Of a stretch of DNA of 64,000 nt, positions 46,061 through 56,700 are shown piece after piece (the first letter of the stretch is position 1; each line of letters starts with the position of its first letter). The notes under the pieces are model-generated. The model was given only the letters and a program-made list of their open reading frames with translations, was not told where the DNA came from and ran no database searches. Made by a program: the position numbers and the translations under genes. Location: the NCBI GenBank assembly GCA_002269645.1, contig NIVC01000433.1, forward strand, positions 1 through 64,000, given 5' to 3'. This stretch comes from Macrostomum lignano. Taxonomy: Eukaryota.

Positions 46061-47320
46061 GTCATTGTTATTAACCAGCGTTTCGAAGTTTCGTTAGACA
46101 TGTCTCTTGTCGGCAAGATCGGCAAAAACTCTGGAATAATAATTTAGAAATATAGAACTAGTATAACACTATAATTAAGCAATCGATTTTATTTAGAAAG
46201 AATAATGAAACTATTCAATAATATTAGATTTTTTCTTTCTTCAATACCTTGTGTCGATTTTTGTTTCTAAAGATTTCATGCTCAGCAATGCGATTGACAA
46301 TTAAAAAAAGTTAATTAATACGATTAGTTTTTAAGTACCTCTTAAGCTAAGACTTTACAGTAAGATTTGTGGGAGAAACGAGAAAATATTCCTTATAATA
46401 AAAACACTATAATTATTCATATAAACTAAAGAAAAATAGCAAAAATATTTCGATAGTTCTGCAATCATCGCTTATAATTTATTGAAATTCTTCAAAATGT
46501 ATATTTTGTAGAATATCACAAATACGAAAAAATTAAGTCAAGTTGAAACAATAAAAAAACTAACGCCGCATTACGAGTATTGTGGTTATGGTTATGACTG
46601 GTTTGAAAATAGCTCGAAAATAGAAGTCTTTGTACTACGATATAACAAAGACAAACTGGTAGATATTAACCATGCAATACGTACGAATGTGAGACGGCCG
46701 GTAGCGGCACGTTTACATAAAATAGTTCCATTTAACATGTGGAGAAGATAATAAAAACTCAATTTAATACGTAATACTGCACAATATACAGCATACGTTT
46801 TTAAAAGTACAAAAGGATTAGTAAAGAAAATATGGAAGGAAATAGAAAGACTACGTAACAAACTTCGGGTTATCAGTACAGGGATGAAGCAAAAATAGTA
46901 TTTAAAAAAAATTAGTTCATCATCTATATCTGAATGATTAACTATCATTAAAGTTAGCTTTGAAGTGCGCACGAAGAATATATGTAAATATTTGCGAGGC
47001 ATTTTTTAATCTATAAAGCCTTATAATTTGATACATCAACGTAGGACTGAAAATTATTCTCAATATCTGCAAAAACTTGTAAAAAACTGTTTGGTAAAAA
47101 TCATGACTTTAAACATAGGTAAAAACTGTGCATTGTATAATTAATTTCAGATCAGATACGTCTTGCACGATTTGATTGTTCAATTTAAGACAGAAATTGC
47201 TATAACAGAAAGAATTATTATGCCGTCATACCAGTTTCAAGTGTAGTTTTTTTTAATATAGTTTGAATGTGTTAATATTTCTTGCAAAAGAGTAAAAATA
47301 TTATTGTATAAATCCATCAG

Positions 47321-48931
47321 TCAGGCACTTGATGCAGCAGCACCAAAGCGATTGGCGCGAGGTGACTCAATAATTTGCACAGTATATTGATAGCTATAAT
47401 GCGACGCTAGGCATGAGATGCTTGATCGTCGACTGCGCGGAAATATTGAATGTTCAATAGCTGCTGGGCTGTCTACTGTACTGGCTGGGCATGGTACATC
47501 TGCTGAAGCCTTCGGAGACTCAGCCAGTTTGACATTCCTATATCTATAATGTATTGGCGACTTCAAGTAGGGATTTTGCAAATTAAGCGTTATAACGACA
47601 GAAAACTATGAGGACAAGACTTACCTGCTATAAGCACGAGAAATTCCAAGCAGTACCGCGCACACAACAAAGAGTCCAGAGTAGGCAAACAAGAGTTTAT
47701 CGAAGCCTATCGTATCGTACAATCGGCCACCAAGAGTCGGACCAATGAATACGCCAAGAGAGTAAGCCGAATTCGTAACGCCCGACACTAAATTTATTGT
47801 TGCAATATTTTCATCCATTCCATTTGCATAGGCGGCGTCAAGGCAAAGTCCGTAAACAGGAATCATTACTGCCGAGGAGCCCAAACCGACCAATACTAGA
47901 GCTGGCAACAAGGTGAAAAGTGTCGGCTTGATCGGCAGCACAAAACTGGCCGGATTGATGAAAAACACACCGATAGTGCAGCCGATCAGGCCAAAAATGA
48001 GAACTCCAATGCCCCAGCCCATTGAGTCCGTCAGCCTTCCCCATAAAACAGCTGACAATGTGTAAACTAGACTTGGCGTTAGAAAAATCAGACCAATTAT
48101 TGTGGACGAAAAGTGAAAAGCTGCAGTCAAATAGGGTTCCATAGTGGCGTCAAGCATACCATACATTGCTCCAGTAGCGGCATAAGAAATCAAAATAGCC
48201 AATGCAATCGGAATGGAAAAGAACTTTAAAAACGATGCCGACCTATTATGTTCTCCGGATTCCGCGGGTAGAGCTGGCGTAAAAAGGTACGCAGCCACTG
48301 CCGTGAGAAGTACTAATCCACCGACAGTAAAAAATGGCAGCCGAAATCCTCCAAGATCATAAAATGCCCCGCCAAGCGCCGGTCCAACCATGTAGCCAAG
48401 GCCCAGAGCCATCTCAACAATACCTGTCACTGTGGACACTTTATCTGGGAAAGAGTGCGCCAAAATCGCAAACGACGATACAAGAAATATTCCGCCACCA
48501 AATGCACCGATTCCTCGAGTTAGGAGGCACATTATTGCAAATGTGGACCCATTAGGACAGTACTCTAGCACTCCAAACAGGACTGAGCACGTGCCGCAAA
48601 TGAACAGGCCGCAAATGTAGACAAACCTATTACCGACATGGGCAGCAATGTGCACAACAAACGGACTACTAAGAAATATCATGAGCTCAAACTCTCCAAT
48701 AATTATGCCGGTTAGTGTCAATGATATACCTTTGGCTTCCGCTGCGCCTGGAAAAAATGGACTCAAGACTGAGAAGGATAGAGCGGCAAAAAAGTTCGAG
48801 ACTGACAAAGTGATTAACAGAAATATGTTGGCGCCGCGATATGTCGATGATGATTCACTGTTCTCGGCGCTTTCACTGATGTCACTGGCACCGTTTGCAA
48901 TCAGGGGAGATATCTCGTCTTTGTCCGCCAT
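47321..48931 (-). CDS. SLC18B1: SLC18B1-like MFS transporter, copy 3; exons 48931-47625 and 47543 (or 47537)-47321
   Basis: Intact multi-TM ORF (SVLSPFFPG, EYCPNG, GLGYMVGPALGG, GGFRLPF); donor AG|gtaagt; in-frame acceptor tatag|. Confidence 0.92.
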
Positions 48932-49757
48932 TGAAGAGGAACATCCTGAAACAGTCAGTTGGATTGATTGACGATAAAGTTTAGTAACTACACTGAAGAA
49001 AACTGAAAGTAATTCAAGCCTAGACGAACACAATCCTGACATCAAGTGGAATATTATGAGATATTTCTATTAATAAGGCCCTTATTTTACGAATTCGAAA
49101 GTTGTGACATTCTATAATAATAAAAAAATAATACGAAAATCGTCGAAAAAATAAAGTCGAGTATATTTCAATCAAAATGTAGAAAAATATATGAATTTAT
49201 CCGAATACACTCTAGCAAAGAAAGAACATTGAAAATAGTTTTTAATTTGGTCTCAAAGTCTCAGACAATTATTCGCGGTTTTATTCATTGCTTTGTAGTC
49301 GTAGATTCGAATCACAAGAAAAAATGCACTTTTAAATGATATTTGTGAATTGATATATGTTCCGACACGTAAGAAATTTTCTTCTGACAAAATGCCATTT
49401 CTAATGCTGAAATTTTGAGCTACAGTTTGCTAGAATGATTGGCAATCAGAAAATACGATTATTATTTTTATGCGCATCGAGGAATACCGTACCGTACAAG
49501 CATGTAGATCGTGAATTCAAAATAAATAATCACATTAGCTACACGAGAAAAGAGATAGTTCAGTCCGACGAAGACATGAAACTTGGAAGTCTCGATTAGA
49601 TAGAGGCAAAACGTAGAAGAAAAATTGTCAAGGAATAAAAACTTCGCAAAAATGTATCAAAACTATTGATTAAACACCAAGCATTTTCTTTTTGAGAGAC
49701 TAAAATTTTAATAAACTATATATTAAACTACACGACAACGCACTCAAGTTACAAACT

Positions 49758-52004
49758 CTAGACCGTATTACCAATTGATCCATAATTATTATTTGCCTCG
49801 TTGCGACCATCGCGATCAATTAAGCAGTCAGCCGACTGACTAACTGGGCCAACTATCGCAGGTGAGCGGCCGCCCTCGCCCTCTTCGTTAACTAAAAATG
49901 ACATGCCTCGCGTCTCGCGGCGCATAAAGCCGCGATTCTGCCGCACTGGCCCAATTAGGCAGATCAACGTTGCCAGGCCGAATAGGCCGCTGTAGCCGGT
50001 GAGGACCCAGGCTAGACCGAATCTGAGCATATTGTTTAATAAAACTGTGTCAGATTACGTTAATTCACCTAAATTGGCACCCTATATTTTTTCGTATGAT
50101 TGGTTATTTTCTAATAATCAGATATAACTTTATTCCCCATAGAAAAGCTGGAATAAAAAGCACTGATTCGTAAAAAGAGCCAAAAACATTAATGCCCAAG
50201 GGTGAGTTCCCAGATTATCCATATGAGCAGGCGGGTTGTAGGACGATGTGGTCGCTAATGCAAGAGTGTGTATACTATACGCAGGCACACATTTATGCAT
50301 AGACAGACTCAAAGAGGGACTCTAATCGTCATCCATGTAGTGTTTTGACACTCTGTGCTTTGGGAGGGGAGCTGGCCCTCATGGGTGTGAAACGCACGAC
50401 AAACCCTCATAGCTAATTGTCGTGCTCAAGCCCCAAATGAATGTGACCAAATGGAATCGAACCAGGGGTCGTGACGCAATAGTGGGACGCGTTTATCGTC
50501 TGCCTATTTCCTTATCGCGATGGCATGTAACCTAACTTTTTAGACTTATAAATAATAAACTTATTGAGTAACTCTTTAACCTGAAGGAATAGCTTATAAA
50601 CTAAATGGCCTCACGGTGTTCTCTTACTGTTTTCCTAAATTTTGGGTCGTTGTAAAAGTAGCAGTAAGCTGTATTCGTCTTAAGTGCACTATGCAATACT
50701 TAATTGGATTGATAGATTGGATTAATGGTATTCCAGCCATAAGATTAGGTAATCTAGCTACTTAGTTCCGAACTCGAGTTTGACCAATGTCAAATGGTTT
50801 ATTCCGTACTAATGACAAACACTCACTTGTCTAAAGCCACACCACCAAGAGTTGGGCCAACAAATGCTCCAAAGGCGAATGCAGTATTAACTAATCCAGA
50901 AACTACAGAGTAAGTTGTTAAACTTCGATCAAAGCCTCGCTTATAAGACTCCGTAGCAATCAAATTAAACACTGGCACAACAACAGCCGAGCAGGCTAAA
51001 CCAACCACGACAAGAGCGGCAATTAGTGATGGCAAGTTTGTATCGTAAGGTAGAAACGGTGCCGGATAGACGAACAGCAAGCAAACAGCGAATGCCGCCA
51101 AGCCGCCAATCATAATAGGCAGACCGGCGCCGCGCGAATCGACTAGGTAGCCCCATAGAGCGGCAGATATAGAATAGATCAAAGCGGGCAGGAATAGCAT
51201 CAGCCCAACAATAACTGGCGAGAAATGAAATTTGGCTGTTAAAAATGGTTGAAAGCTGACATCTACGAAGCCAAGAAAAGAGCTAGCAACGCACATTCCA
51301 AATAGAGTAGCAAGACAAAACGGTTCTCTAACAAGCGTCCAGACAGATTTTGGTCGAGAACCATCAATGCTAGGGTCGTCGTTTACAAGCGACGGCATAA
51401 CGCACAACGACAATAGTACAACCAGCAATAGGAAGCCGCCAAGACTAACAAATGGCAATTTAAATCCGCCAAGTTGAAATAATGCGCCACCAATAACTGG
51501 GCCAACCATAAAGCCAAGTCCGCCAGCGGTCTCCAGCAGACCGAATACTGTTGACAATCGATTTGGAAATAGTCTGGTAGCTATGGAGAATGAGGACACA
51601 ACAAACATGCTAGTGCCAATAGCGGACACGCCGCGGGTTAGTAGGCACATAACGGCGAACACAATTCCAGGAGGGCAGTACTCCAATGCGCCAAACAGTA
51701 TTGAGCAGACGCTGCATATGACAAGACCCCAACTGTACACGAATCGTCCGCCAATGCTGCTGGTGAAAGCGCCAACAAGTGGACTGCACAGACAGATTAC
51801 TAATTGAAATTCGCCAACTATAATACCTGTCATAGTAACCGAAAGGCCTTTCAAATTGGCTTCCCTCGGAAAGAACGGTCCGAGAACTGAGAATGCTGTT
51901 GAGGCAAAGAAGTTTACTAAAGCTAAGCTGGCTAATAGTACATTGCGTCGAGCTCGACTGAGGCCAGCCACCTCACCGCTAGTTGAAGCCAATTGGATTG
52001 CCAT
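49758..52004 (-). CDS. SLC18B1: SLC18B1-like MFS transporter, copy 4; exons 52004-50827 and 50022-49758
   Basis: Intact ORF (SVLGPFFP, GLGFMVGPVIGG, GGFKLPF, FGAFVGPTLGG); AA|gtgagt ... atgctcag|A supplies the last TM helix in frame. Confidence 0.92.
50130..50520 (-). mobile_element. Possible tRNA-derived SINE in the intron of SLC18B1 copy 4
   Basis: B-box GGTTCGATTCC preceded by a weak A-box-like TAGGCAGACGATAA; no complete cloverleaf recognised. Confidence 0.35.
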
Positions 52005-52714
52005 GCAAATAAACAAACGGGTTGAATGATTGCAGATTTTCTGAGGGCGCTGTAATTCTATAATGCTGTACTTATTAGTATTGCTAGAGTAAAGTTCAAA
52101 TCCTATGTGAAACCGATTGAAATTGAGTCGATTTCTCGAATTAGGCTCTCGAATTATCTCAGTCTGACAAAACTCCATGGTCATGCATTGGAAATCTGGA
52201 TGCCCAATGGTTAGATTTGCTTGTTAATTAGGCCAGTCTCATAGTCAGAAATTCGCACGCATGGCCAAACCTGTCTTTATTCTCTTCTCACTGATTTTAC
52301 AGTTGGAACTATTTCTTATCAATTTTGAGGCTAGAAAAGATTGTTAAAAACGGTAGTGAAAAGTCGATGCTGTTAAAAGTTACCTTTGTGTATATTTAGC
52401 ATATTAATTAATTATTATTAAACTGACTGCAACCGATCGCACACTTCTAAACTAATTGTAATTATGCTATTGCGGCTCCTAAAGTGGAAAAACAGATAAA
52501 CTGCAGTGAAATACAACATATATAGATACGCTCGTATCGTACAATGCAAAAGTATTAATTTGTTTCTTTATACATCGCTTTGCCTTGCATGAGATGAGAG
52601 CAGACAAACAATTCATAACCGATAATAACAAGCAAGGTCAATGACAACAAGCCGCGTTAATGCGCTCTACTTGTAAAAATAGAGTACGTGCGCTCCACCC
52701 TTTCATGTGATCAG

Positions 52715-53292
52715 GCTAGTTTTCGCCGAAGAATACACTACGGACATAAAAAATTTAAATTTTTTTCAGCACAAAAACTGTTATTGCCTTCAATAGGAGG
52801 CGGACCCAATTTTCATCTTTTGATATGCTGTGCCTTTCTTAATGCTCCATCGATATTCATAACGCTTTCCGTTGAGAAACGTTTTTAGAATTTTTTGTTA
52901 ATTTTTAATACCATGTACAATTGCACATTTCCGGAAATCATTAAAATGGCACGGCTCGGGTTATTGGTTTTATAAATCAATTTTATCATTCTTAGCGAAC
53001 TTTGGTTTTGTAAATATCATCTCTGTTAAAAATAATTGTTACAGAGTCGAGCTGTGCCATGCATTTTTATGATTTTTACGCACAGGGAACGTACATCGAA
53101 TAAAAAAATTAACATAGAATCGTAATATTCTGAACAAAAAGCTCCATAAATATTGATAGAGCAATAAGAATGGCAAAACATATCAATAGATCAACATTGG
53201 GTCCGCCTCCTATCGAAAGCAATAACAATTTCTGTGCTGAAAAAAATAAGAGCTTCCTATCTCCGTAGTGTATTTTTCGGCGAAAATCAGCC
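52715..53292. mobile_element. MITE with ~90-bp imperfect TIRs
   Basis: TTTTCGCCGAAGAATACACTACGGA...CAGCACAAAAACTGTTATTGC..ATAGGAGGCGGACCCAAT is mirrored at 53187-53287. Confidence 0.75.
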
Positions 53293-53713
53293 TCATAAAC
53301 ATTATCTAAGAAGCGTAGCTTCCCGTCCTGCTACTTAAGTAGTCCTTGGCAATGGCCCGCGTCTCTCTGCGATTAGTTTCGTTACCTGTCTTACATTATT
53401 TGTTTAACTTGCTTTGCCAACCTTTAAATAACTTTTTAATCGCTTGGTATAGAGTTGAATACACTACTTTCTTCATTAGTTACCTTTCGCTTTAGTGCAG
53501 GCGTCTGCTAACATAAATTACTAATAATAAAATTGGCTCACTTTTTCAAGATACGGCATAAATGTCTCAATACGAAAAACACTGACTTAGCATTAATTGG
53601 TATCGACAAAAAGTTTAAGATTCATACATTATTGTTAATTTTTTAATAAATACAACTGCAACACACTTTGCGCAGTCTTTTTAAAACCGAAAAATGTGAT
53701 AAAACATTGATGA

Positions 53714-56700
53714 TTAACCAGAACCCGTCGACTCAGAAGACTCAGTAAGTGGCTTAGACGCCTCAACAACACTTTCAGCTGCAGGAGCATTATCAAATAC
53801 TTCATCGTCATTGTCTGCCACCGTTTCATTGACTTTTTCGTCTATACTTTTCTCGTCACTCGGTTTCGTTGGAATTGCAGCACCGGCTTCAATATTGTCG
53901 TTTGTTGATTCTTCAGTAGCAGCGGTAGTTTTAATCGCATCTGCAACTGAATCAGCAGCTACTACTTTGCTAACCGGAGGCGTATTATTACTAGTAGTAG
54001 CAGTATCAGCTTCAGATTCGCAGGCGGCGGCAACTTTGGCGGTTTCTTCAGCAGCTTCCGCTACAGATACAGCGCCAGTTTTGTAGTCCGCAATCGCAGT
54101 ATCCGATGATGCTGTGCAATCGCCGGCTCCGCAACCGCTGCTGCTACCGCCGTCGCTTTCAATATCGTCAGATTCGTCATCAATTTCAGCCGCAGTTGCG
54201 GGCGCCTGATCAAAAGCGGCGCCAGACAACGGCGCGCCAACTTCGCTACCCGAACCGGAACAAGAGCCGGAACCGGACGCTTCTTCAAGATAGTCATCGC
54301 CAGACAGCGAATCGTTAGCCATATGATCGGCGGTTGCCGCGCTTGAAACCGAGGCGGCAGCGGCCTCAGCACCGGCATGCGTCGAGGCCGAAGCGGCGCC
54401 GGCTGCGGCGGCGGCGGTGGAATCCGAAGAGTTCGACACAATCATGTCTTCCTCGTCCTGATCGAATACGATTTTCTGACCAGCCGGATCGATGCAGCTA
54501 ACAACGCTCAAGCATTTTAGTAGGCCTCGTAGATACTTATCAACTCGGCGATAGTGCTTATTAGGCGATAGGGCCAATTCGCAGACGCGTTGAATAGTAA
54601 ATGGGGCGTTAGTGAACTGGTCCAGTGTTGACAGGACAGTCTGGCGGTAGACGCTCAGTTGAAATGTCTCCATATTAGGCCTGGGATAATAATCGTCAAT
54701 AGAAGCCATTGATGAGTCGCTTAAAAAACTTTCAATAGCGGATTCCAATTTGACGCGAATTAGCGGCTTAACCAGGTGCCAAGGCGCGTTGGTGATGCCA
54801 CTGCGAGACAGGTTGACCAGATAGTGCTCCAGGTCTGGCGGCACATCGCTTGTTGCTGATTGGGCAAACTCTGTGAAAAGATTGATAAACATAACAATTG
54901 AAAAAGGCTGTTGAATTGACAATAGGTACTATGAATATCTAGAATACAATTAAGGTTGGGAATCAAACCAAGCTTCAGTCTTTTACATAACAACTTCAGT
55001 CAAACAATTGAGCATGATAGGCAACAAATTACCATCATGAAATTTCCTATCCTGATTGGAAATGTCAAATTATTCTTAGCATATTGGATATTAATGGTAG
55101 GATTGTTGAATATTTTGATGATCTAAAAGGCTAGTGACTTGGTTCTTGCCTAAGTCTTAAGAATATTACAACAAGTTAGCCAATTATCTTGAATTTTATA
55201 TGCTTGCATTGCTCCTTTTTGGTATATCAAAAATTGGCGAGGAAAGATTTTTCCTTTTTATTGGTAGTTTGAAAGGCAAAAATATATATAATGTGTATAT
55301 AGAGTTAAAAATCTATTGCTTGAGTCTTTAACCCTAAGGACTTAAGAGTTTCTCTTATAGAAGCTTATGCAAGGACACATTAGAGACAAAGATTAATGCA
55401 GATAACAAAAAAAATAGAAAAAAATAATGGATCATGAAACTTTTATATTCATTTATTTTTATTGTTCAATCCTTTGTACCTATTTAATGAAATGTTCCAA
55501 TAATATTTTTAAGTCTTTAAAGTTTTTAAAGTTTATTATTGAATACATACCTATCAACCTCTTTCAAAGGACTGCCTGCTATCCTTAATTTGCCTTTGCT
55601 TTATCTGCTTATTGAGATAGAGGCTATGAAATCTACCTCTTTGACTCATTAGAGATAAATGTTAAATTAAGTGTCCTCTGGCTTTATGCCAATAAAAACT
55701 ATAATCTTATATATGTACTTTGTCCACTGCAACCTTACTAATATCCACATTGACCTAGACAATGTCCACCTTCCACTCTCAATATTAGAAGGGGCTTTTT
55801 AACTATTATCCTTAGTCAAAACAGAATTCCACTGAATATCAGCATAAACTGACATAGCCAAGGCATTTACTGTTTCATTGATAGCTCACTGTTTAATAGC
55901 CATGCTAGAGTGGGTATTGCTATCTTTCATGAGGATAAAATGCTTTTCTAGGAAAGTCTACACCTCAGTTTTCTAATCTAAAATGTGTGCCATTGAGCAG
56001 TGTATCTAGCACTTGCTCTAGGCAAATATTAATCATTTTGATATTAATTTTTACACTAATAGCCAAGTTGCTATCAAGGCCTTAACTACTAACAAAATCT
56101 CTGCTGTTACAGTATCTTAATGCCACTGTAATATGCAATCTCTTTTAGTCTTTAATAGGATTAAAACTATTTAGATCTCTAGTCAAAGCAATATCCCAAG
56201 TAATAAGCTTATAGATTCTTTTGCCAAAGAAGGTAGCAACCTTAATGGCAACTATTATGTAATAAGGCTATCCCTTCTCAGTTGCAAGTCACTTTCTATA
56301 ACAATAGGTGGCTCTATCAGCAACATGGGAATAGTTGCATTGACCATAAGCAGACCCAATCTGCATAGCCTGAATAAGAAAGTCTTTGAATATTTAATCT
56401 CACTTAATAGAACCAACCTTAAGGAGATATGCATAGTCTTAACTAGCCATAGATTCTTCTAAAGATATCTCATTGCAAACTGGCTGCCTTCCTACTTGTC
56501 CTTTCTATAGTATATGAGAAGACTATGGAGTATCATATCATCTTTTGCCCTTATTTAATAAAGTATAGTACAAATATCTTGGCCACTCCCAATAGATAGA
56601 CAAGTTGACTATCATAGACAATATCCGTAGCCTGTGCTCTTTTGTCTAAGATACTGCCAGATAAGGGTCACTGATACTTCTTCTATGAACTTGCTAAATA

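Noticed and set aside
43504-47002. AT-rich ORFs 43504-43875 and 46592-47002
   Set aside because: Composition typical of chance ORFs in AT-rich intergenic DNA.
52735-53270. CACTA...TAGTG as true CACTA termini
   Set aside because: The inverted repeat extends well outside the CACTA motif, so it is internal to a longer TIR.
42195-54441. Short ORFs overlapping SLC18B1 copies and PPP4R2 in other frames or strands
   Set aside because: Shadow ORFs of real coding sequence.
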